A DNA stretch of 64,000 nt from Candidatus Marinacidobacterales bacterium. GTDB lineage: Bacteria > Acidobacteriota > Vicinamibacteria > Marinacidobacterales > DATDRI01. The DNA lies in contig OZ245365.1 in the NCBI GenBank assembly GCA_965226495.1, positions 2,848,001 through 2,912,000 of the forward strand. Reading direction: 5' to 3'. Under the pieces are notes generated by a model, which was not told the origin of the DNA, ran no database searches, and was given only the letters and a program-made list of their open reading frames with translations. The translations under genes and the position numbers were made by a program. Of this stretch, positions 20,561 through 29,724 are shown piece by piece. Every line of letters starts with the position of its first letter. The first letter of the stretch is position 1.

Positions 20561-20909
20561 TCGAACGCTTAATGTGATAACTGACTTATTTATAGTCGTT
20601 TGCATCCATTATCTGAATTGGGATGAACGGAAGACCTATTGGAGAAATGGCGATCAAGTGATTCATTTCCAACACTACGTGTAACCTACTCTGGTTAAAT
20701 GGTTTCAAGTGGGTCGACCGTGGCACCGGGCGAATGTCGTCTGTCTTTATAACCCGTTATAAACAAATGGTATAAGTCCGAAACCGAAATAGAAGGACAA
20801 GGGTTGCTTGTTTTCACGCAGTTCTGGTATGGTAGTGTGTCAGCAGGTCAGCAGGGATAAGTCGTTTCCCTACCTGATTTTCTGGCGGAAGGACTTGTTC
20901 CGTATCGTG

Positions 20910-20925
20910 TGGCACAAGCTTAGCA
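20910..20925 (+). promoter_or_regulatory. Putative sigma54 promoter of the two-component operon
   Basis: TGGCAC-aagct-TAGCA (GG-N10-GC kept), 42 bp upstream of ATG 20968. Confidence 0.65.
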
Positions 20926-20967
20926 AGTGAATCGTAGCGTGGACCAGAAGGGAACCGGTCTAGAGTA

Positions 20968-22056
20968 ATGACTGCAACGACGACTAGCAGGATTCGAATC
21001 CTCGTCCTCGGCGCCTCGGTAGGGCTCATCACGATCGCGCATCACGTCACGCCATTGGAGTTTGGCTCGTTTCACAACGTGTATCAGCGGCTCTACTACC
21101 TCCCCATTTTTGCGGGAGGCTACTGGTTCGGCGTGCGAGGAGCACTTGCCGTCTCTATTCTCTCTGCGGCCAGCTACCTCCCCCACATCATCTTGGACTG
21201 GGCCGAGCACCCGGCGTACCGTGAGGCACAATACGCAGAGCTTTTGATGTTTCAGGTCGTGGGGCTCGTCGTCGGCACGCTGGTCGAGGCAGAGAGGCGG
21301 CAACGCGCGCGACAGGAGAGGACTGCGAGGGAGCTCGCAGACGCCTACGGACAACTGCGAGAGAGTTTCGAACAACTTCGCCGAGCCGACCGGCTAACCG
21401 CCCTTGGCGAGCTTTCCGCGGGTCTCGCCCACGAGATCAAGAACCCGTTAGCATCCATGAAAGGGTCTCTCGAAATCTTGGCCTCTGATTTTCCTCCTGG
21501 ACATGAAAAGCGTGAGTTCCTCGAGATCTTCGATAAAGAACTCGATCGCCTCAACGGAGTCTTGAGCGAGTTTCTACAATTCGCCCGCCCTCCACGCCCC
21601 GATCGGCGGCTTTGCCAATTGAACGATGTGATGGACTCGCTCACGGTGCTCTGCTCCAAAGAAGCCGCCAAGCGGGGCGTACGTATTGAGATTTCTTGTC
21701 CCCAGGACCTACCCGAGCTCCCTCTCGACGCAGGCCAAATTCAGCAGGCGCTTCTCAACATCGTGCTGAATGGTATCCAAGCCATGCCGTCGGGCGGCTG
21801 CCTGAACATCCATGTGACGGAGTCGGCCGCGAGCGTGCGCGTTCGGATTCGGGATGAGGGCCCCGGCATCACCGCGGCAGACCGCACCCGGATTTTCGAT
21901 CCCTTCTTCACAACCAAGGACGGTGGAACGGGTCTTGGCATGGCCATCGCGCACAAGCTCATACATGGGCATGGGGGTGAGATCCAGCTTCTCGATCAGG
22001 AGGGGCCCGGTGCCACCTTCCTCATTGTCCTTCCCATCGGGAGCTCTCACCAGTGA
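20968..22056 (+). CDS. Sensor histidine kinase with short multi-TM (DUF4118-like) input region
   Basis: LAHEIKNPL H box; NGIQA; DEGPGI; FDPFFTTK; GTGLG. Confidence 0.9.
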   Translation: MTATTTSRIRILVLGASVGLITIAHHVTPLEFGSFHNVYQRLYYLPIFAGGYWFGVRGALAVSILSAASYLPHIILDWAEHPAYREAQYAELLMFQVVGLVVGTLVEAERRQRARQERTARELADAYGQLRESFEQLRRADRLTALGELSAGLAHEIKNPLASMKGSLEILASDFPPGHEKREFLEIFDKELDRLNGVLSEFLQFARPPRPDRRLCQLNDVMDSLTVLCSKEAAKRGVRIEISCPQDLPELPLDAGQIQQALLNIVLNGIQAMPSGGCLNIHVTESAASVRVRIRDEGPGITAADRTRIFDPFFTTKDGGTGLGMAIAHKLIHGHGGEIQLLDQEGPGATFLIVLPIGSSHQ

Positions 22057-23468
22057 CCGAAAAAATCCTCATCGTCGACGACGACGCAAGCTTCCGTCGA
22101 GTCGTCGACTTCACCCTGCAAGAGGAAGGATACCAAACGGAGTCAGCCACGAACGGAACCGAGGCATTACGCAAATTCTCAGAGTCTGATTTCTCGCTGG
22201 TACTGACAGACGTGCTCATGCCGAAGTTGGGCGGGCTCGAGCTCCTTCGAAGAACCCAGGCGATTGCCCGCGAGGTGCCGGTCATCGTCGTGACGGCGCA
22301 CGCTGCGGTGGACGACGCGGTCCAGGCAATGCGGGAAGGCGCGTTCGACTACATCGTGAAACCGGTGAACCGCGATGAACTAAAGCTGGTTGTCCGCAAG
22401 GCCCTCGACCTTAAGGCTTTGATCCACGAAAACCGCTGGCTTCGGCAGGCGGTCTCAGAACGCTTCGAGCTAGAGAACATGATCGGCGGCTCGGAGCGCA
22501 TTCAGAAGGTATTCCAAATATCCGCTCAGGCGGCTCGGGTTGACTCTACGGTGCTGATCCTCGGTGAGAGCGGAACTGGTAAGGAATTACTTGCCAAGGC
22601 AATCCACTTCAACGGCCCGCGAAAGAACAGGCCCTTTGTCGCCATCAATTCAGCCGCCATTCCAGAAACACTCCTGGAGTCCGAGCTCTTCGGCCACACT
22701 CGAGGCTCCTTCACCGGAGCAGTCGCAGAACGGAAAGGTAAGATTGAGATGGCCGAGGGAGGCACGGTTTTCCTCGACGAAGTGGGCGATTTGCCTCCCC
22801 AAACCCAGGTCAAGTTGCTGCGTCTGTTGCAAGAGAAGGAAATCGACAAGATCGGCACCGCGAGACCGCAAAAAGTGGACGTGCGCATCATTGCAGCTAC
22901 CCATCGTGATCTTGAAACGTTCATCCGCGAGGACAAATTCCGGGAAGATCTCTACTACCGTTTAAGTGTTATCCCCATCCAACTTCCCCCGCTCCGTGAA
23001 CGTCGTGAGGATATTCCGCTTCTCGCCGATCACTTCTTGAAGAAGTACGCACGGAAGTTCGGCAAGAAGGTGACGCTGGAACGAAAGGCATTCAAGATCC
23101 TCGACGCTTACCCGTGGCCTGGCAACATCAGGGAGCTTGAAAACCTCATGGAGAGGCTTGCTGCCCTCCACCAAGAAGGCGTCGTCACTCCGGACGACCT
23201 ACCCGACTTCGTTCTCACCAACGCGTCTAAGGTCGGCGATGTTCTCGTCAACATCCCACCTGGAGGCGTCGACCTCGAGCAAGTCGAGCGGGATCTTATT
23301 CGCGAAGCTCTGGAGAGGAATGATTGGAATCAGTCTCGCGCCGCGCGCTTCCTAAGGATCAGCCGGAATACGCTCATCTACCGAATGCAAAAGTATGACC
23401 TCACCGCTCCGGATGGACCGAGCTCGGACCCATCCGGTAACCTGGCCCGTCGACAATCGTCAAACTAA
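22053..23468 (+). CDS. Sigma54-dependent response regulator (NtrC/ZraR family)
   Basis: Receiver VDDD/LTD/KP; GESGTGKE; GSFTGA loop; FLDEVG; WPGNIREL; Fis-type HTH; 4-bp overlap with kinase. Confidence 0.95.
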   Translation: MTEKILIVDDDASFRRVVDFTLQEEGYQTESATNGTEALRKFSESDFSLVLTDVLMPKLGGLELLRRTQAIAREVPVIVVTAHAAVDDAVQAMREGAFDYIVKPVNRDELKLVVRKALDLKALIHENRWLRQAVSERFELENMIGGSERIQKVFQISAQAARVDSTVLILGESGTGKELLAKAIHFNGPRKNRPFVAINSAAIPETLLESELFGHTRGSFTGAVAERKGKIEMAEGGTVFLDEVGDLPPQTQVKLLRLLQEKEIDKIGTARPQKVDVRIIAATHRDLETFIREDKFREDLYYRLSVIPIQLPPLRERREDIPLLADHFLKKYARKFGKKVTLERKAFKILDAYPWPGNIRELENLMERLAALHQEGVVTPDDLPDFVLTNASKVGDVLVNIPPGGVDLEQVERDLIREALERNDWNQSRAARFLRISRNTLIYRMQKYDLTAPDGPSSDPSGNLARRQSSN

Positions 23469-23960
23469 CCGCGAAAGCGAAGACTCTGCCTCGTCCGTCA
23501 CGACTCACTCTTGGCTGAGTCACCGAATCTCGCAATCTAAGCTGGAAACTGACGACGTCTGATGATGAGTTGCCGCGGGCCGTAGACTCCCGGTGATCGA
23601 CGAGGAGCGCCTTGCCAAACCAATGGGCCATGTAGTCAATCTCATCTCGGTCGACGACCTGCTCACTTTGTTCATCACCGAGCTTTCCAACGCTGCGGCC
23701 GCTATAGCCGGCGCTTCCAGGTTGGTCAAGTAACAGCCTGAAGAACGAAGCTCGCAGCGTGCGTCATTTCGCGCACTTCGTTCCGCCGGATTTGCAGGTG
23801 CGTCAAATCCCTCACCCGCGAAACCAAGGGATCCTATCTAAATATATATTTAACAGGTGGTTAGAGAATATCGACAGAGTGGCAATGGAGGGGCCGGCAT
23901 TTCGAGATGGGTGATGGTTGCGACTATGATGATGGACGGTGCCGGGGTTTCGTCGTGGGC

Positions 23961-24392
23961 TCAATGGGTAGCCAGAGAGAGCTGTCCGGGCTCTGGCATT
24001 TCGAACGCCGGCGAATGGCCCGGGAGGCCGCTACCATGACAGACACGGCATGTCCGTTCGCTTGGCTCTATCAAACCTGCATCGCGGACTTTGTCGGGGT
24101 CGATCATGACTTCAGCGGGCGAGTAGTCGGCGCCAGCACCATGACAAGACTCGCATTGCACTCCGGGGAAAGCCGCCGACCCAGTGCTGTGACAACGAAG
24201 GCAACTCGGAGAGGGACTCTCGACGCCGAGGCTATCCGTAGCCCGGGCGTGCGTGGTCGAGCGCCAACTCACATAGGTCGAACGGTGACAGAGCTTGCAG
24301 CGCTCCGCCCCAATGAAGGCGGGCTCGCCGACGCCCAAGAACAGGAAGGAAGCCAACAGGGCGAGGCAACGATTAGTGAAAGCATTCAACAT
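23961..24392 (-). CDS. Small tetraheme c-type cytochrome (c554-like)
   Basis: Signal/anchor then CKLCH, CLRCH, CESCH, CRVCH; GVQCESCHGAG signature. Confidence 0.85.
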   Translation of the reverse strand: MLNAFTNRCLALLASFLFLGVGEPAFIGAERCKLCHRSTYVSWRSTTHARATDSLGVESPSPSCLRCHSTGSAAFPGVQCESCHGAGADYSPAEVMIDPDKVRDAGLIEPSERTCRVCHGSGLPGHSPAFEMPEPGQLSLATH

Positions 24393-24559
24393 CCTTTTCT
24401 TTGTGATCGAATAGCACGGCCGAACCCGGGACGTCAAGGCGTCGACTCACCCCACGAGGGTCGCCCAGACCATCTTCGTCGTTCTCGGTGAGCACAAAAC
24501 TCCCTAATCGGAAAACTCCGCTACCGCTGGCCATGTCGTTCACTCTAGGCGAGGAACGG

Positions 24560-25045
24560 CATGGAAATCAAAGGCGTCACCCACAAGACTTACCGGTTTG
24601 TCCAATCGGCGTCACATGGAGGACAGGCTGATCGAGGAGATCGCGCGCGCTTCCCGACACCGTCAGCTGGTGTCGCTCCTGTCTATCGATCTCGACGGCC
24701 TCAAAGAAATCAACGATCTTAATGGACACGAGGCGGGCGACATAGCCCTGAGAGCGGTGGCAGATAGCCTACGGAAGGGCTGCCGCATCTCGGACGTCGC
24801 GACGAGACGAATTCGCAGTACTGGCACCGCTCACCGCGGCATCCAAAGCGCTGACCTTGGCGGTGCGAATTCGAACCGCGCTCAAGGAGCACTCTGCCGG
24901 AGTACCGCTCTCGGTGTCGATAGGAGTCACCAATAATAGGGATGGGTCGGTGACACAGCCAGAGACACTCTACGCCACCGCAGACAAGGCGCTCTATACA
25001 GCCAAGGAGGGAGGAAAAGACAGGGCGGTCTATGTCGCGAGCTGA
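24560..25045 (+). pseudogene. Degraded diguanylate cyclase (GGDEF) gene
   Basis: LTGLSNRR, IDLDGLKEIND..GHEAGD, then frameshift at the active site (gcg acg aga|c gaa ttc gca gta), SVSIGV, ADKALYTAK..GKD. Start uncertain. Confidence 0.8.
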
Positions 25046-25046
25046 T

Positions 25047-26391
25047 CTACTCCGGCCTCTCCCCTAGCACGACGTCCACGTTCATCGACTGACCGTCGCG
25101 CAACACCGTCAGCGTCACGGTCTCACCCACGCGAGTCTCGGTCTCGAGATAGACGTTGACGCCACGGTAGTCCTTGACCGGCTCTCCGTTGACTCCGGCC
25201 TCTCCCCTGACCGTCGCGCAACACCGTCAGCGTCACGGTCTCACCCACGCGAGTCTCGGTCTCGAGATAGACGTTGACGCCACGGTAGTCCTTGACCGGC
25301 TCTCCGTTGATAGCGGCGATGACGTCACCGCCGATGGGCACCCTCACGTTTCCCAATCTCACCACCTGACGCCCACCCCGTAGCCCCGCCCCGGCGGCCG
25401 GCCCCCGTCGAACCACTTCCGCGATCAACACGCCCCCATCGGGTGGAATCATGGCGCCGACTCGATTCAGCACCTCGGCATGTGCGGGGCCAAGGTCCAT
25501 CAAAGTGATGCCGAGCCAGGGGTGCGGGTAGCGGCCGCGGGCGATGAGCTCTGGCACGACGCGCGTTACGGTAGTCGTTGGAATGGCGAAGCCGATCCCG
25601 GCCGACGCACGGCTCGGGCTATAGATCATGCTGTTCACGCCGATCACCTTTCCTGACAGGTCCAAAAGGGGTCCCCCCGAGTTGCCAGGATTGATCGCCG
25701 CATCGGTCTGAATGATCTCCCCTATGAAACTATAGCGCCCGCCTGGGCTCTGGATGATCCTCCCCAGCGAACTCACGACCCCGGTCGTAAGTGTGCGATC
25801 GAGACCGAAAGGATTGCCGATGGCAACCACGATGCGACCCACCCGAAGCTCATCTGAATCACCAAGACGGAGGACGTGCAAGCGCTCGGGCCTGACGTCG
25901 ACTCTCACGACGGCGAGATCGTTCCAAGGGTCGGCGCCGGCTATTTGTGCGCGAACGACGGAACCATCCGGAAAGGTGACATAGAGCTCGTCGGCCCGTT
26001 CCACGACGTGATAGTTCGTGACGATATGTCCGGCCGTGTCCCAAACGAACCCTGAACCCGAGCCTTCTTGCGGAATGACGTTCCGAAAAAAGTCGTAGGA
26101 AATCGATCGGCTGGTAATGTTAACGACCCCTGGGCTGGCGTTCTCATAGACCGCGATGACCTTGACCTCGAGATCATGAAGGCCGTCCGCGGTAGCTGCC
26201 GGGCTCGCACGCGACTGCATGCGCGCGGGCACGACGACCATCGACGCATTTTGGGCTTCGGGCTCAACGGTTGCAGCCGCGTCAGGACCATCAGGGGCGC
26301 TCGCGGGCTCCTGCCACTGACAAGCAAGGCCACCTGCCCAGAAGAGCAAGTACAAAACGGCGGCGCCTGACCGCACCCGTGAAACTCTCAT
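25047..26391 (-). CDS. HtrA/DegP (S1C) serine protease with PDZ; C-terminus disrupted by a 118-bp duplication
   Basis: Lipobox-like GLAC; TNYHVV, DLAV, GNPFGL, QTDAAINPGNSGGP; removing the duplication restores ..LRDGQSMNVDVVLGERPE* (TAG 25047-25049). Confidence 0.85.
25089..25310. repeat. Exact 104-bp direct repeat (25089-25192, 25207-25310)
   Basis: Identical copies with period 118 and a 14-bp spacer. Confidence 0.95.
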
Positions 26392-26478
26392 TGATCTCCC
26401 TGGCTCATCTCAGCAGCCGATCCAAACGCGCGTAGAGTAGCATAGGGGGGATGTGGGAGAAGGACGAAGAGCGTTCTG

Positions 26479-26511
26479 CCCTCACCCAGGCCCTCTCCCA
26501 GAGGGAGAGGG
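26479..26511. repeat. REP-like palindrome
   Basis: ccctcacccaggccctctcccagagggagaggg. Confidence 0.8.
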
Positions 26512-26891
26512 ATTAATGGATGACGAGTCTTTTATTAGCCGCTACGAATCGTCAGCACTGGGCATTCCGCCGCGCGGATCACATGCTAAGCGATGTTATC
26601 GCTCGATTACCTTCACCCTCCTACCTTCGATAGTGCATGCTCCGTACCAGACTAGGGCGAAAGAGGTTCTGCAGCAATAGCCCTAACTCCCTAACAGGAA
26701 ACACATCGAGCTCCTGCGCATTGGGCGGATTGTGTTCGGCCCTCCGGGTTGGGCCAAAACCCGCAGCCATCTGTGCGACAGGGCCCGCCCCACGACTGGA
26801 GACTCGCACGACAAAAGGCATTTGAACGAGCTTCTTCATTCCGCTACATTCTGGCCAACTTCAAATGAAGGAAAGGAGCTTGTTCAGACAA

Positions 26892-27869
26892 ATGAAATCA
26901 CTAATTGTAGGAATATCGATACTCGTTGCGTCGGTGGAAGTGTTCAGCCAGGAGCGACCTGAAACCGCCCAGTACCGTGGGCCGGCGGGTGACGCCGAAG
27001 ATCTGAGATTCGTCCATGTAAACGGCGTTCGCTTGGCCTACCGAATGGAAGGCGCCGGCTTCCCGGTCATCTTCGTCCACGGGGAAGGTTACTCTCATGA
27101 GCTTTGGACGGAGCAGATCGAGGCTTTCCGGCAAAAGCACCTTTTTCTCAGCTACGACCGTCGCGGGCACGGACAGTCCGAAGACCCGATTACCGGGTAC
27201 TCCGAAATCGCTCATGCCGAAGACCTGAAGGCACTGATGGCCCATTTCGGAATGAGAGAGGCGCATTTCGTGGTGAACTCCCGGGGAGGTGCTGTCATCA
27301 TGCAGTTCCTGCGTATCTACCCGGAGAGAGTCCGAAGCATCACTTTTGCGGACGCCACCATCGCCTTGGCCGAGATCTCGGCTGCCTTCAAACCAGTTGT
27401 CGAACGGATGAAAGAGCCGCCCCCCGCGCTCGAAGATGCCCTCAAGGGCCGCGAAGGAGCCAAGAAATCGTCCTTCACGGAGGTGGCTCAATCCAAGGAA
27501 GGGACGCGAGACGTTCTCGAGAGGATGGTCGATCAGTACAGCCCACGCGTCGCCATGAATCCACAAAGATCCGACATGCTAGCCGCGACCCACATCGGCC
27601 CCTGGAACCAGCGAGATTTTCCGGACATGTCGAAGATCTATCAACCGATGCTCTTGGTGGTGGGCGAGCTCACGGATATTTTCTTCATCGAAGGGGCCAA
27701 GGAGGCTCACCGTCTCTGGCCCAATACCCGTTACCACATGATTCCGGGAACGGATCACCTTCTCGCGCTCGAGATGCCGGACGTCTTCAATTCTTTGGTG
27801 CTCGACTTCCTCGCCGACGTGGACGCGCAAGTTGCGGCCCGTGACGAATGGGTGGGACAGGTTCCCTAG
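26892..27869 (+). CDS. Exported alpha/beta-fold hydrolase
   Basis: RBS AAGGAG then MKSLIV signal peptide; FVHGEG, YDRRGHGQS, VNSRGG, VGELTD, TDHL. Confidence 0.85.
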   Translation: MKSLIVGISILVASVEVFSQERPETAQYRGPAGDAEDLRFVHVNGVRLAYRMEGAGFPVIFVHGEGYSHELWTEQIEAFRQKHLFLSYDRRGHGQSEDPITGYSEIAHAEDLKALMAHFGMREAHFVVNSRGGAVIMQFLRIYPERVRSITFADATIALAEISAAFKPVVERMKEPPPALEDALKGREGAKKSSFTEVAQSKEGTRDVLERMVDQYSPRVAMNPQRSDMLAATHIGPWNQRDFPDMSKIYQPMLLVVGELTDIFFIEGAKEAHRLWPNTRYHMIPGTDHLLALEMPDVFNSLVLDFLADVDAQVAARDEWVGQVP

Positions 27870-28714
27870 TGATTGGCGGTGGACTTCGTGATGGCTTCGA
27901 CCGTCTGGTTGGCTCTCATCTCGATGATCTCTTTCCCGATACGGATCGTTTTCTCGGGCGGGCCCATATCGACGCCGTTGATGACGAACAGCTTCTTGTC
28001 TAGGCGCTGCTGCATGCGAACGAGCTCCGGGTCGACTGCCATCAAGATGGAACTGATCCCGTACTCGTCGTGGATCCCCTCGAACTCTTGTTCGATCCCC
28101 TGATCCTCCACGAACTTCAGCACGCCGGGATAGTCGTAGTACTCTGGGATGTAGTGAACGCGGGGGCTCCCCTCCCAGTCCGCATTTAACCTCGTCGCAA
28201 CCTCTTTCATGCCTTCTTGGTTCCCGCCGCTATCACCGATCAAGACGATGTCTTGGAAGCCGTGCGGCTTGAAGCTGGAGCACACGTCAACCAACACGTT
28301 TCGGAAAGTCTCTTCCCGTAAGCTGACGGTGCCCGGGTACCGCATCGATCTGCTCGGGGGATCGTGATCTCCCTCGGGCACAAGCTTGATGATCGGGGCG
28401 ACTAGGGCGTTTCCCAGCTTACGCGCAATGACCTCGGTGATGGCCCCTAGAATGTAGTTGTGCTTTCCCGTCACCACGTAGGGTCCATTCTGCTCGACGC
28501 CTCCCGTTGCGACGATGACCGTCGTCTTCCCTCCGCGGATCGCATCCCGCACTTCGAGCCAGGTCATCTCCTCAATGAAAACGGTATCGAGGGCGTCGAT
28601 CGGCCTAGGCTTGTCGGGGTCGGGAGGAACGACTCGTTGCGCGTCAAGGCGCAGCGGATTCGCGAAGATCAGCGAGACTCCCAGAACCAGCGCCCACCGG
28701 ATTGAGAGATTCAT
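27866..28714 (-). CDS. Exported creatininase-family protein
   Basis: EEMTWLEV, GGVEQNGPY..GKHN, YPGTVSL, GDSGGN; signal peptide; AGGAGG RBS before ATG 28714. Confidence 0.85.
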   Translation of the reverse strand: MNLSIRWALVLGVSLIFANPLRLDAQRVVPPDPDKPRPIDALDTVFIEEMTWLEVRDAIRGGKTTVIVATGGVEQNGPYVVTGKHNYILGAITEVIARKLGNALVAPIIKLVPEGDHDPPSRSMRYPGTVSLREETFRNVLVDVCSSFKPHGFQDIVLIGDSGGNQEGMKEVATRLNADWEGSPRVHYIPEYYDYPGVLKFVEDQGIEQEFEGIHDEYGISSILMAVDPELVRMQQRLDKKLFVINGVDMGPPEKTIRIGKEIIEMRANQTVEAITKSTANH

Positions 28715-28793
28715 TTCGGCCTCCTCTCGGAGTGCCATATTAAACCCATCCGCCCGGAAGCGATACGATCAACCGAAACGAAGTAACGGAGGG

Positions 28794-29516
28794 TTAGGCG
28801 GTGAGACGGTCGGCGGCCGCCAAGACAAGTCCGCCTTGCTCTTCCAGCGTGACGATGCCGCTCACCAGAAATCCGAGCAGGGCCCGCGCCGTGGTTTCCT
28901 CTGGGAGAGGACTGAGAGTGAAGACAGAGCGGATCGGGTCCTGCCCGTCCACTCTGGAGAGGATGAAGGCCTCCTCCGACGAGAGTTTGAAATCACCCAA
29001 CTCGCTGGACGCTTCGGTGTTCAACACGCACCTTCGCTCGTCAGCCAACATCTCCTCGACATGGCGCTCGATATTGGGAGTGAGCCGGGCGGCCGCCATG
29101 ATGACCTCGGCCACCGTTATCGGCGTGTCGGTGACCACCTGGACGTCCTGCAGATTCTTGAAACTTACCCGCTGAGGTGGTTTCACCAAGACCGCCCCCG
29201 CGAGCTCTTGCACCTGCAGGCGAACGACCTCGGGAATCTCTTCGTGTTTGATGACTCCAAGGTCGGCGAGGGCTTCGCCGAGCCGTTTGCCGTGCCGGAC
29301 GAAGATGGACGCGTCCTTCAGATGCGCCTCGGTGATCCTTCCCTGCCGCACCATGACTTCTCCGAGCCGGTCGTCATCGCAGTTAGACGTCGCGGATACG
29401 ATGCGGCCGCCTTGGAACAAGACGGCGCGTTGAGCCTGGTCGGTGTTGTAGTCGAACGAACCGGTCCGGCTCTCGGTGGCGATCTTCTTGTAGGCCTCGA
29501 CTATTTTTCGGTTCAA
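28794..29516 (-). CDS. DUF4388 (PATAN) protein with tandem MshEN-like RLG motifs
   Basis: RTG..FQGGRIVSATSN; RLGEVMVRQGRI..RLGEALADLGVI..RLQ; EAFILSRVDG..LVSGIV tail. Confidence 0.75.
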   Translation of the reverse strand: MNRKIVEAYKKIATESRTGSFDYNTDQAQRAVLFQGGRIVSATSNCDDDRLGEVMVRQGRITEAHLKDASIFVRHGKRLGEALADLGVIKHEEIPEVVRLQVQELAGAVLVKPPQRVSFKNLQDVQVVTDTPITVAEVIMAAARLTPNIERHVEEMLADERRCVLNTEASSELGDFKLSSEEAFILSRVDGQDPIRSVFTLSPLPEETTARALLGFLVSGIVTLEEQGGLVLAAADRLTA

Positions 29517-29724
29517 GATCGTTCCCGTTCAGATCTGACGTCAGACGCCTGCGCAGTATAGTACGTTGCGCTACTCTATTTTGCGACAAAGATCGCATAT
29601 GCGTAGTGATCTAGGATACGTCCTTTTCCACAACCCTGGGGGCATTTCCCTTCGCTACCGTCTGGCTCTGTGGATAGTGGCGGTCAGCAGGGCCGCGCCG
29701 TAGCACCCTTTAGCGGCGGCCCTT

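Noticed and set aside
23470-23950. Short ORFs downstream of the response regulator
   Set aside because: Stop-interrupted with no motif; at most an unidentifiable remnant.
26520-26860. 72-aa ORF 26621-26839 and neighbours
   Set aside because: No recognisable family and overlaps the hydrolase upstream region; cannot be supported.
27866-28714. Mycofactocin peptidase MftE
   Set aside because: No mftA/B/C/D genes; has a signal peptide and altered ligands.
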